NCBI GenBank assembly: GCA_029553505.1
Contig: JAKPKY010000167.1
Span: 3,501 to 67,500, forward strand
Reading direction: 5' to 3'
Source of the DNA: Planctomycetota bacterium
GTDB taxonomy: Bacteria; Planctomycetota; Phycisphaerae; SM23-33
Length of the DNA: 64,000 bases
This document shows, one piece after another, positions 26,696-34,826 of this stretch. Position 1 is the first letter of the stretch; every line of letters starts with the position of its first letter. The notes under the pieces are model-generated. The model saw only the letters and a program-made list of their open reading frames with translations. It was not told the origin of the DNA and did no database searches. The translations under genes and the position numbers were made by a program.

Positions 26696-27691
26696 TCAAG
26701 GTGAGCTTCCTGCTCGTCGACGCCCTTTGCGTTTCCGCAGGCCCACCAATCCGCCGAAGGACAGCAGGACGGCAGTAGCCGGTTCCGGCACAGAGACGGT
26801 GAAATCGACGCCGGTGACGCTTTGAATCCAGCCCGTATAATCCGCCACCGAGGTCAGGCCGCCGATGTCTCCATAGCTCCCATCCGCCGTGCCGTCGTAA
26901 GCGAGAATGAAGGAGTTCACCCCCACCAGGTAGGTTACGCCGTCAATGATCACGAACGCGCCGCCGCCGCTGTCTCCGGAAGCAACCATATACTCATATG
27001 CCAAGGCCGAATCCGCGCTCCAGGGGTACCCGTCATTGCTCGATGAGGGATTGTCGAAATCGAAGAGCAGGATGGAATCGTCCAAGGAGGAGAAGAACGG
27101 ACGGGTGCCTCCCGTGATCTCGATCAGGTTCACCCCGGCGTGCAACACCCCTCCGGACCCTGTCGCTCCCGTCGTGCCCGTGCCGGTTTTACCGTATCCC
27201 GAGAGATAAACCACTTGCCCGACCAGGCTACTCGTCGTGCCGGAATACAGCAGAACCCCGTCGGAAGCCACATTCGAGTCGCTCAGTTGGATCAGGGCGA
27301 TATCGCCCCCGGCAGAGGCATTTCCGGACCAACCGTCATAGACATAGACCGCGGAGGACGTGTAGCTGGTCCCATTGACGGTAAAGGTAAACGTCGTCGA
27401 GGAAGAGGCAACATGTGCTGCCGTCAAAACCCAGCCTTCGCCAAGATAGGTTCCGGAGGCGTATCCGCCGCTCCAGGATATCTTTCCCACGGAGCTGATC
27501 GCGTCCACTCCCGCCAGTGCAGCGTCGTAGTCGGTGTAAGTCTCTCCGGAGACAATCACTCCCGCCGGACAGAGCGACGGCGCTGTCAGAAGCCATTGAA
27601 AGACAACCAACCAGCCGCAACGGGTTCCTCGCCTCACGGAACCACCTCCCTTTCCTCTGCGATTCCTCGCCCGCAACGGAAAATCACGCAT
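26696..27691 (-). CDS. trypsin-like (S1) serine protease with PEP-CTERM sorting tail
   Basis: Catalytic triad contexts WVLTAAHV, GGDIALIQL and GDSGGGAF. C-terminal VPEPATAVLLSFGGLVGLRKRKGRRR. The ATG overlaps the stop of the upstream gene (ATGCGTGA). Confidence 0.8.
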   Translation of the reverse strand: MRDFPLRARNRRGKGGGSVRRGTRCGWLVVFQWLLTAPSLCPAGVIVSGETYTDYDAALAGVDAISSVGKISWSGGYASGTYLGEGWVLTAAHVASSSTTFTFTVNGTSYTSSAVYVYDGWSGNASAGGDIALIQLSDSNVASDGVLLYSGTTSSLVGQVVYLSGYGKTGTGTTGATGSGGVLHAGVNLIEITGGTRPFFSSLDDSILLFDFDNPSSSNDGYPWSADSALAYEYMVASGDSGGGAFVIIDGVTYLVGVNSFILAYDGTADGSYGDIGGLTSVADYTGWIQSVTGVDFTVSVPEPATAVLLSFGGLVGLRKRKGRRRAGSSP

Positions 27692-28235
27692 TCCTACGGG
27701 CGTGCCCGGACAGGCTCGCCCCTCCCATCCGTCGGTTCGGTCCTGTCCGGGATTTGCGGATCAATCCCGCTGCCCCCAACGCAAACAGAATGAGGCTGGC
27801 GGGTTCTGGCACAGGACTCGTGTCGATCCCGAAGCCTTCCCCGAACTGCGGTTCTTCTTCAGCGCCGAAATCGCCGCCCAAACCGGATTGCGCCCCTTCC
27901 TCAATCCCGAACTCAGGCCAAGAATCCAACCACGACCCACTCGAGCCGTAATTCGATTCATCCTCGATGGGAGGCACTGCCGTCAGCAGGGAGGACGGCC
28001 AGACAGCATCCAACGCCCAGCGACGGTTCAGCCGCCAGGAAATCGGATGCAGCTCGACGTAGCCCATGGGATTGCAGAACTGCCCCCCCACCGTGGAATC
28101 CAGAAAGCCGTCATTGTTCCAATCCGACGCCGTGTACCCGGTGCTTTCCAGCAGGTCCTGCGGGCCGATCACGTCGCCCGCTGCCAGGGCCGCCAGGAGC
28201 GCCACAATCGCCAGCATCACAGGCCAATGTTTCAT
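27684..28235 (-). CDS. acidic PEP-CTERM protein, unknown function
   Basis: Signal peptide MKHWPVMLAIVALLAALAAG. VPEPASLILFALGAAGLIRKSR near the C terminus, with an unusual ~20-aa extension after the basic patch. Confidence 0.65.
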   Translation of the reverse strand: MKHWPVMLAIVALLAALAAGDVIGPQDLLESTGYTASDWNNDGFLDSTVGGQFCNPMGYVELHPISWRLNRRWALDAVWPSSLLTAVPPIEDESNYGSSGSWLDSWPEFGIEEGAQSGLGGDFGAEEEPQFGEGFGIDTSPVPEPASLILFALGAAGLIRKSRTGPNRRMGGASLSGHARRNA

Positions 28236-28266
28236 GGGAAATCCTCCTGGGAATCGCGCTCGTCCC

Positions 28267-28953
28267 TTAGCGACAACCGGCTCGCCTCAGACGGCGGCGC
28301 GACAGCATCGCTGCCGCCGACAGACACAGCAATATCGCGGTGGCCGGCTCCGGTACACTGGGCGAACCCTCGTCCCCAAACGTGCCCTCCTCCGGCTCAG
28401 GCGGGATGACGCCGGTCAGGTCCAGCGTGTACGCGAGGTCAAAAGATTCGCCAGCCAGAAGGGCTTGGTCGAATACGACCGAAATGGTGGTGATGTAATA
28501 GCCGTAGTAATCGTACGAAACGTCGATGTCCATCGAGTAGCCCACCCCGTCGATGTCCAGGGACCCATCCACAAGCGTGGCGACGCGAAGCGTGATGGTA
28601 TAGCCGGTGAACGCCTCCGTGGTGTTGTTGACAATGGTCTTGGTCACGTCCATGTAGTTCTCATTTGCGGTCTTCTGGAACCATGTTGAGGTGGTCCCGC
28701 CCGATTCCCAACTCGAGCTGTATTCCTGCCGGCCGCGGAAATACCAGTAGTTCGCGTCGCTGCCGTCCTGTTGGAGATAGGAAGATGTGGTTTCAGAAAA
28801 CCACACCGTACCGGAGTCGTTGTCGAAAGTCGGATCAGGAGTCACCTGAAAATCCATCGACGAAGAAGTGATCATGATCTCCGCTGGAGCGGAATTCCCC
28901 CCCAACAGCAGGCACGCCAACACCACAACCGTTCCCAACTTGAACTTGAGCAT
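28267..28953 (-). CDS. PEP-CTERM protein, unknown function
   Basis: Signal peptide MLKFKLGTVVVLACLLLGG. A Ser/Thr/Tyr-rich beta-looking body. C-terminal VPEPATAILLCLSAAAMLSRRRLRR. Start at ATG 28953. Confidence 0.7.
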   Translation of the reverse strand: MLKFKLGTVVVLACLLLGGNSAPAEIMITSSSMDFQVTPDPTFDNDSGTVWFSETTSSYLQQDGSDANYWYFRGRQEYSSSWESGGTTSTWFQKTANENYMDVTKTIVNNTTEAFTGYTITLRVATLVDGSLDIDGVGYSMDIDVSYDYYGYYITTISVVFDQALLAGESFDLAYTLDLTGVIPPEPEEGTFGDEGSPSVPEPATAILLCLSAAAMLSRRRLRRAGCR

Positions 28954-29052
28954 CTGACGCCTCCATTTCCTCACTTCGCCCGGGCAGAGCCTGTTGAGCC
29001 GCGCCAAAGACGCCTTTGGCACCGTTGCGCCCGGGATGTGATATCGAGCACT

Positions 29053-29070
29053 GAGCAAACAGAGCAAACA
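29053..29070. repeat. perfect tandem 9-mer GAGCAAACA x2 in the island control region
   Basis: GAGCAAACAGAGCAAACA lies about 100 nt upstream of the PEP-CTERM operon ATG (28953, minus strand). Confidence 0.7.
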
Positions 29071-29270
29071 CTACAATCCTGCTTCTATGAGCATATTTAT
29101 GTCGCCGCAGGTCGATCGAATACAACCGCCCATAACGAAAAAGATGTTCGCGGGACACCTTGCGTAAAGAGGGGGATAAATAAGAATTTCAAAAGAATCC
29201 GGTTGTGAAGATGCCGTTTGCGGCAACTTAACAAAAATATGGTTTCTGAGAGGGCGGTGTTTCCCGCCTC

Positions 29271-29289
29271 GGTTCACAATATGGTTCAC
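29271..29289. promoter_or_regulatory. direct heptamer repeat GGTTCAC-N5-GGTTCAC
   Basis: Two identical heptamers spaced 12 bp apart, about 107 nt upstream of the sigma-fusion ATG (29396). Its function is not established. Confidence 0.35.
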
Positions 29290-29395
29290 CTGGATAAAAG
29301 ATATATGGAGATAGAAAATCAGAAACACGAGTTTGAAGGTGCGCGGTAAAATTGTCTTATCAACAAAGAGGCACCGGCTATCAGGGGACATCGGC

Positions 29396-31465
29396 ATGGA
29401 CGACATGGAACTTCTTCGTCGCTACACCGCTTACGGCGACAAGGAGGCCATTTCCTGCCTGGTCCAGAAGTATCAGAAGATGGTTTTCGCGGCGTGCCTG
29501 CGCCGCCTGGGATGTGCGGCCGACGCGGAGGATGCGACGCAGCAGGTTTTCCTGGCCATGATGCGGCACGGCGGGGGGATCCACTCCAACGTGAAGCAAT
29601 GGCTGTATCGCTGCGCCCTCAACGTTTCCGCATCCCTGATTCGCTCCAGGCGGAACCGCATCCGCCGCGAATACGAGAAGGGACGACAGAGTCCCGCTTT
29701 CGGCGGCAACGGCGAAGCGGAGCGGAAAGAGACCCTCACCATTCTCAGGCGGTGTCTGGGCGAATTGGACACCACGGATCGGAAAGTGCTCCTCGAAACC
29801 CATGTCCATGACATGACGCAGCAGGCCATCGCCACGTCGCTGGGCGTGACGCAGCAGGCGGTGGCTAAGCGGATCGGGAAAGCGCTTTATCAGCTTCGTC
29901 GCGAGCTGTCGTCTCGAGGCGTAATCTTCTCCTTGCTCGCTGCCACAGTGCTGCTGGTTAAGCGTGCGGCGGCTGCCGCGATCCCACAAAGCATCAAGGG
30001 CGCCTTGTCCACCGTCCCGTCCGCTTCTCTCGCTACCAGCGGCACCGCCACGGCCGGCACCGCTGGCGTGATGAAGGTCGGCGCAGCGGCAGCACTCGCG
30101 TTGGCCGCCGTAGCGACGTATGAATACGTGGGAAAACGGCAATCCGACCCCCCCGCCAACCCGGCAAAGGTCGTCAGCTTGGCATCCGCCGAAAAACCCC
30201 CCGCTGGAGGCGGAATGGTTGTGCCTGGTTGCTTCCCCTGCAGTTCGCCGTTCGCGCCGCCGATTTTCCCGGCCGGAGGTTCGTTGGCTCAGGAAATGCC
30301 AGCGGCTGGGCAAGCGTCTCGTCCGACTGCAAGAAGAGGAGCGGAGGCGTCCGATCCGCCTCTGGCCAACCGGCAGGCAACGGCCCTTTCGGGCCGGCAG
30401 GATTCATTGGCCGACAGGCAAAACGAAATTGGCCGACAAACCGCACCTTCGCCAACTTCTGACTTCCGCGGGACGTTCCATTCCAGACGGTTCGACGCGT
30501 CGGCGGCGAAAACCTCCGGCTCGGAAGCGGCGCAACGCGATTCAACCGAGAAGTTCCAACCCGAAGCAACGGTGGAGGAAATCGCGAAATCGGCATTGGG
30601 AAACGTTTCCAGGGCATTTCTGTCCTTGGAGGCAATTCCATTCGAAGAGGAAAATCGGCGCGCGGATCGTCGAGTGCTTTTCCCCCCGGACCGACAAATT
30701 GAAAGGGGAGAGGTCACGAAATGGGACACGCCGTATGTCCTGCGGAATCACACGACGACCCCCAATCCTCTTGCGTCAGCTCCCTGTGTTGCATTTGGCG
30801 AGAGCTTTGCGGACGTCGGAGGAAACGGAACGATTTCCCCGAGCTTGCCCCTTTCAAATGCGGCTCCGCCGTCGTTGCACACCAGCGGCATCCTCGGCAC
30901 ACCCAAGGAGACGATTGTCCCAGCCGGCACCCTGTTGGCTGCCGCCGGGACGCTCGATGGACGGCTGATTAACCAGGGGATGTTGGCTACAGACGGCGCC
31001 AACGCAAATCTCCACCTGACCGGACTGGTCAGTGGGGCAGGTTCATACACCGGATGCGTTGTCTTTTCAGGCGGATTCTCGCCGGGCAACAGCCCTGCCG
31101 CCGTGTCTTTAGACTCCGCCATTTTGGACAAAGACAATGTGCTGACGATGGAACTTGGAGGCCTGATCGCCGGGAAAGAATACGATCAACTCCTCATCAA
31201 GGATCTCTTGACGCTGGGCGGACACCTGGAGGTCAAGCTGATCGACGGTTTTGTTCCGCAATGGGGCAACAGCTTCACCCTGTTCGGCGGCAATCTCAGC
31301 GGTCGGTTTGTCGACATGGCCCTGCCCGAGCTGAACGACGGTCTGCGATGGGATACCGGCAGTCTCTACGGCACCGGCAGTTTGCAAGTAGTGCCCGAGC
31401 CGACCTCGCTGAGCTTGCTCACCGCCTGCCTGGCCGCACTGCTCCGCCGATCCCGCCGGCGCTGA
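29396..31465 (+). CDS. ECF sigma-70 family domain fused to hydrophobic segments, a long extracytoplasmic-type region and a PEP-CTERM tail
   Basis: Region 2-like LVQKYQKMVFAACLRRLGCAADAEDATQQVFLAMMRH. Region 4 HTH MTQQAIATSLGVTQQAVAKRIGKALYQLRREL. Hydrophobic segments VIFSLLAATVLLV and VGAAAALALAAVATYEYV. C-terminal VVPEPTSLSLLTACLAALLRRSRRR. A Shine-Dalgarno-like (ribosome-binding) AGGGGA lies 8 nt before ATG 29396. Confidence 0.75.
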   Translation: MDDMELLRRYTAYGDKEAISCLVQKYQKMVFAACLRRLGCAADAEDATQQVFLAMMRHGGGIHSNVKQWLYRCALNVSASLIRSRRNRIRREYEKGRQSPAFGGNGEAERKETLTILRRCLGELDTTDRKVLLETHVHDMTQQAIATSLGVTQQAVAKRIGKALYQLRRELSSRGVIFSLLAATVLLVKRAAAAAIPQSIKGALSTVPSASLATSGTATAGTAGVMKVGAAAALALAAVATYEYVGKRQSDPPANPAKVVSLASAEKPPAGGGMVVPGCFPCSSPFAPPIFPAGGSLAQEMPAAGQASRPTARRGAEASDPPLANRQATALSGRQDSLADRQNEIGRQTAPSPTSDFRGTFHSRRFDASAAKTSGSEAAQRDSTEKFQPEATVEEIAKSALGNVSRAFLSLEAIPFEEENRRADRRVLFPPDRQIERGEVTKWDTPYVLRNHTTTPNPLASAPCVAFGESFADVGGNGTISPSLPLSNAAPPSLHTSGILGTPKETIVPAGTLLAAAGTLDGRLINQGMLATDGANANLHLTGLVSGAGSYTGCVVFSGGFSPGNSPAAVSLDSAILDKDNVLTMELGGLIAGKEYDQLLIKDLLTLGGHLEVKLIDGFVPQWGNSFTLFGGNLSGRFVDMALPELNDGLRWDTGSLYGTGSLQVVPEPTSLSLLTACLAALLRRSRRR

Positions 31466-31485
31466 AGTCCCTGGCGAAATGGTGA
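31454..31485 (+). repeat. direct repeat R2 (right flank of the PEP-CTERM island)
   Basis: CGCCGGCGCTGAAGTCCCTGGCGAAATGGTGA. It overlaps the stop codon of the sigma-fusion gene. Confidence 0.85.
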
Positions 31486-31516
31486 TCCACCGGTTGTTCC
31501 CACCGGCGAACCGAAC

Positions 31517-31546
31517 TTGCCTCCACAGGCGAACTTGGCTTATAAT
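31517..31546 (+). promoter_or_regulatory. sigma70-like promoter for ribH-nusB
   Basis: TTGCCT (31517-31522)-N18-TATAAT (31541-31546), 34 nt upstream of the ribH ATG. Confidence 0.4.
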
Positions 31547-31579
31547 GCCCCGTTGCCCTACCAGGCAGGAGCGCAGACC

Positions 31580-32074
31580 ATGAAAGAATATCACGGGAAT
31601 CTCACGACCCCCGCGCGGGCGAAATTCGCCCTCGTCGTCAGCCGGTTCAATGAATTCGTGACCAACAAGCTGCTCGGCGGCGCGCGAGACGCCCTGAAGC
31701 GTCACGGCGTGGACGACGCGAACGTCGAGGTGTTCTGGTCGCCCGGGAGCTTCGAAATTCCGCTGCTGGCGCAGAAGCTCGCCGCCTGCGGGCAGTACGA
31801 CGCTGTCGTCTGCCTGGGCGCGGTCATCCGCGGCGGAACCGACCACTACCAGTATATCGCCTCGGAGGTCGCCAAGGGCGTGGCGCAGGCGTCCCTGAGC
31901 ACCGGCGTGCCGTGCATCTTCGGCGTGCTGACGTGCGACACGATCGAGCAGGCCATCGAACGCGCCGGGACCAAGGCGGGCAACAAGGGCGCCGATGCCG
32001 CCGTCGCCGCCATCGAGATGATCAACCTGCTCCAGCAGATTCCCTCGCCCAAGGCGGGCAAAGCCAGATCGTGA
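31580..32074 (+). CDS. ribH: 6,7-dimethyl-8-ribityllumazine synthase
   Basis: [42 protein letters not shown] signatures. AGGAG lies 8 nt upstream of ATG 31580. Confidence 0.9.
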   Translation: MKEYHGNLTTPARAKFALVVSRFNEFVTNKLLGGARDALKRHGVDDANVEVFWSPGSFEIPLLAQKLAACGQYDAVVCLGAVIRGGTDHYQYIASEVAKGVAQASLSTGVPCIFGVLTCDTIEQAIERAGTKAGNKGADAAVAAIEMINLLQQIPSPKAGKARS

Positions 32075-32511
32075 GCAACCGTCACCGGGCAAGACGCCTC
32101 GCCCTTCAGGGGTTGTGCTGCCTCGACGTCCAGGGGCGACACGCCTTGGAGGGAGTCGAGCATTTCATCCGCGACAGCCGCGAGGAACCCGGCGTCGCCA
32201 CCGACGCGCGGAAACTGCTCGCCGACACCCTCGAAGAGCTCGAATCCCTCGACCGCTTGCTGGCGCGCCACGCGCGCCACTGGGAACTGGGGCGTCTGGC
32301 GCTGGTCGACCGGAACATTCTTCGGCTGGCCGCCCACGAGCTGCTCACAGGGCAGACGCCCGTCAAGGTCGTCATCACCGAGGCGCTCCGGCTGGCCAAG
32401 GAATTCTCGATGGCCGAGAGCCCGCGCTTCGTCAACGGCGTGCTCGATGCCGTCGCACGGGAAATCCAGAAGGACACCGCCCGGGAAGACAGGCCGGCGG
32501 ACGATTCGTAA
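32071..32511 (+). CDS. nusB: transcription antitermination factor NusB
   Basis: [17 protein letters not shown] terminus and [13 protein letters not shown]-terminal block. The GTG start overlaps the ribH stop (GTGA). Confidence 0.85.
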   Translation: MSNRHRARRLALQGLCCLDVQGRHALEGVEHFIRDSREEPGVATDARKLLADTLEELESLDRLLARHARHWELGRLALVDRNILRLAAHELLTGQTPVKVVITEALRLAKEFSMAESPRFVNGVLDAVAREIQKDTAREDRPADDS

Positions 32512-32598
32512 CCGCCCGCGCGGGAGGAAACCCTTGAAATTCCCGTCGGCGGAAGGTCTGCTGCTTCCGGCGGGCGCATCTTCAAGACCGAGAGAACC

Positions 32599-33516
32599 AT
32601 GGCACTGTTTCGCAAGGCGCTGGAAAAACTGACCAAGGGCCTCAGCCGGACTAAGGACCGCTTTCTCGGCGGCCTGCGGAACCTGCTGACCGGGCGGAAA
32701 CTCGACGAGGACCTACTCGACGAGTTGGAGGAAAAGCTCATCGAGGCGGACATCGGCGTGGCGACGGCCATGAAGATCCGACAGGACCTCCAGGAAGCGT
32801 TCCAGCAGCGGCGCATCGAGCGGGGTGAGGACGTCCTGGAATTCCTCAAGACCGAGATGAAAAACCTCTGGCCGGAATGCGACCGCTCCGTGCGCTTCGC
32901 GCCGGAAGGCCCGACGGTGATCCTCGTGGCGGGCATCAACGGCGCGGGGAAGACCACGTCAATCGCCAAGCTCGCCTACCAGTTCAAACAGCAGGGCAAG
33001 AAAGTGGTGCTGGCGGCAGCCGACACATTCCGGGCGGCCGCAGTCGAGCAACTGACCATCTGGTCGCAGCGGATCGGTGTGGAGATCGTCAAGGGGGGCG
33101 GGAGCGACCCCGCCGCCGTCGTTTTCGACGCCTGCGACGCCGCCCGCGCCCGCAATGCCGACGTGTTGCTGGTGGACACGGCCGGCCGGCTGCACACCCA
33201 GGACCACCTCATGCGCGAGCTGACCAAAATTCGCGACGTCGTCGCCCGCAAGCTTCCCGGCGCGCCGCACGAGGTGCTGCTCGTGCTCGACGCCACCACC
33301 GGGCAGAACGCCATCAACCAAGCCAAGGCGTTCCTCCAGGCCATCGACGTGACGGGCATCTTCCTGGCCAAGCTCGACGGCACGGCCAAGGGAGGCATCG
33401 TGGTGGCCATCCGCAACGAGATTCACCTGCCCGTCAAGTTCGTGGGCGTCGGCGAAACGTACGAAGACGTCGAACCGTTCGACCCGGAACGCTTCGTCGA
33501 GGCGCTGTTCGCGTAA
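32599..33516 (+). CDS. ftsY: signal recognition particle receptor FtsY (short form, NG domain only)
   Basis: [15 protein letters not shown] (G1), DTAGRLH (G3), [10 protein letters not shown]-like [10 protein letters not shown] (G4). Confidence 0.9.
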   Translation: MALFRKALEKLTKGLSRTKDRFLGGLRNLLTGRKLDEDLLDELEEKLIEADIGVATAMKIRQDLQEAFQQRRIERGEDVLEFLKTEMKNLWPECDRSVRFAPEGPTVILVAGINGAGKTTSIAKLAYQFKQQGKKVVLAAADTFRAAAVEQLTIWSQRIGVEIVKGGGSDPAAVVFDACDAARARNADVLLVDTAGRLHTQDHLMRELTKIRDVVARKLPGAPHEVLLVLDATTGQNAINQAKAFLQAIDVTGIFLAKLDGTAKGGIVVAIRNEIHLPVKFVGVGETYEDVEPFDPERFVEALFA

Positions 33517-34263
33517 TCAGGCGCGGCAGGGGGGCTCGTTCTGGACGGACCGCAGGAGGGCCTCCGCCGCGGCGAGTTGCGCTGCATCGCCATCGACGGC
33601 GATCCACACCGCGCCTTCGGCGCCGTAGACACCGCCAGCCGCAATGAGCCGCGCCGACGCGCCGGTCAGCAAGCGAACCGCATCGAGTTCGGTGAAGATC
33701 TCCCCCGGCACGGGCAGCAGGCGCGGGCCTTCCGCGCCGGGCGCGTTGCAGGCGCGGGCCAGGTCGTCCACGTCGTCCAGGACGCGCTTTTCCAGTCCGA
33801 CCGGGAGGATCAGGCGGACGCGCCGCCCGACGACCGCCTGCATGGCCGCGCCGATAGTCCCGCCCTTGGGGTCGCCGATGTAGACCGCCGCCTGCCCTGC
33901 CGCGTCGAAGGCGTTGCACCCCTTGACGATCACGTCGCCCGCGCGGAGCTGGTCGACGACGTCGAAGATCGTTTTTCCCCGCTGCCACTGCCCGTGGAGG
34001 AGCACCACGTCGCCAGCGAGCTTGGCGCTCGGCGCGTCGCCGCCGCCCGGGGGCACGGTCATCCCGCGACGGAATCCCACGCGCGAGAAGCCTTCCGCCT
34101 GCCCCATCGCCGCCAACAACTCTTCCGCCACGTACCCGTTGGTCGTGCCGGCCACGAGCACCACCGTTCCGTCCGCCAGCGCCGCGCGCACGGCGGGATG
34201 GACCGCCATCGCCTTTCCGATCAGGCGTTTGCCCGCCGCCGGCGTCATTACGAATTGCTTCAC
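33517..34263 (-). CDS. conserved hypothetical protein (no motif recognised)
   Basis: GC3-rich 248-aa ORF with a plausible start (MKQFVMTPAAGKRLIGKAM). Its stop codon directly abuts the ftsY stop (TAA|TCA). I do not recognise the family. Confidence 0.5.
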   Translation of the reverse strand: MKQFVMTPAAGKRLIGKAMAVHPAVRAALADGTVVLVAGTTNGYVAEELLAAMGQAEGFSRVGFRRGMTVPPGGGDAPSAKLAGDVVLLHGQWQRGKTIFDVVDQLRAGDVIVKGCNAFDAAGQAAVYIGDPKGGTIGAAMQAVVGRRVRLILPVGLEKRVLDDVDDLARACNAPGAEGPRLLPVPGEIFTELDAVRLLTGASARLIAAGGVYGAEGAVWIAVDGDAAQLAAAEALLRSVQNEPPCRA

Positions 34264-34382
34264 GTGTTTTCCTTTCTTTTCGCTTATTCACCCTCAAGCA
34301 CACCACGCTTGAGGGTGGCGCCCATTGTCGGTTCAAGGTAGCCCGTGGCGAACAGACATGCAAGCCGCCGTCCGAGGCGCAT

Positions 34383-34412
34383 GAAAAAGGCCGCACCCTG
34401 CGGTCCGGCCTT
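34383..34412 (-). terminator. intrinsic terminator after the HU/IHF gene
   Basis: On the minus strand: AAGGCCGGAC-CGCAGG-GTGCGGCCTT (10-bp stem, one mismatch) followed by TTTTTCAT. Confidence 0.75.
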
Positions 34413-34496
34413 GATTCCCCGCGAGATCGTTTCCCCACGTCGGTACCAGCGAGAGCGGCCGACGACGCGGGATGCTTCCATGAGTGCCGTCCGGTG

Positions 34497-34826
34497 TTAT
34501 GTCACCGGCGGCAGGTTGGGCGAAGCGGGTTCCTCGTCCAAGCCTTCCTGGAGCTTGATCTTCATCATCCGCCCCACCTTGAATTTGACGGTCCGTTTCG
34601 GCGGAACGTGCACCCGCTGGAGCGTCTTGGGATTCTGCGCGATCCGGGCGGCGCGCTCCTTGGTCTCGAAGACCCCGAAGTCGCGAAACTCCAGCCGATT
34701 GCCGCGTCCCAATTCATCGATCACCTCGTCGAGGAAATTCTGCACCACCCTCTTGACGAGTACGCGTTTGTAATTGGTCTGATCCGCAATGCGATCGACC
34801 AATTCCTTCTTCGTCACCGTATGCAT
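34497..34826 (-). CDS. HU/IHF-family DNA-binding protein
   Basis: KKELVDRIA, FLDEVIDELGRGNRLEFRDFGVFETKERAARIAQNPKT and VPPKRTVKFKVG follow the HU/IHF fold pattern. Confidence 0.85.
   Translation of the reverse strand: MHTVTKKELVDRIADQTNYKRVLVKRVVQNFLDEVIDELGRGNRLEFRDFGVFETKERAARIAQNPKTLQRVHVPPKRTVKFKVGRMMKIKLQEGLDEEPASPNLPPVT

Noticed and set aside
29273-29279. A Rex-box half-site TTCACAA inside the GGTTCAC repeat of the island control region. I also searched for Rex operators (TTGTGAA-N6-TTCACAA) near rex (41646-41747, 42378-42544).
   Set aside because: No matching TTGTGAA partner lies at the right spacing, and no full Rex box is visible next to rex or its downstream oxidoreductase gene. 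The half-site is probably coincidental.
26583-31453. Calling the PEP-CTERM island a mobile element (integrative element or prophage remnant).
   Set aside because: No integrase, transposase, recombinase, tRNA target or phage gene is present. Only the flanking direct repeats and the lower GC support foreign origin. I therefore report it as a finding rather than as a mobile_element feature.
31054-31485. A 143-aa ORF ending in ..[10 protein letters not shown], which mimics the C terminus of the heparinase-like protein (..PAPALKPLAKW*).
   Set aside because: The shared ending is explained by direct repeat R2. The rest of the ORF is an off-frame reading of the sigma-fusion gene with Arg-rich composition.
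31486-31579. A possible FMN (RFN) riboswitch upstream of ribH, or upstream of ribBA at 21465-21560.
   Set aside because: The ribH leader is only about 30-90 nt, too short for an RFN element, and shows no conserved RFN core. The ribBA start overlaps the preceding PgsA-like gene, so there is no leader at all.
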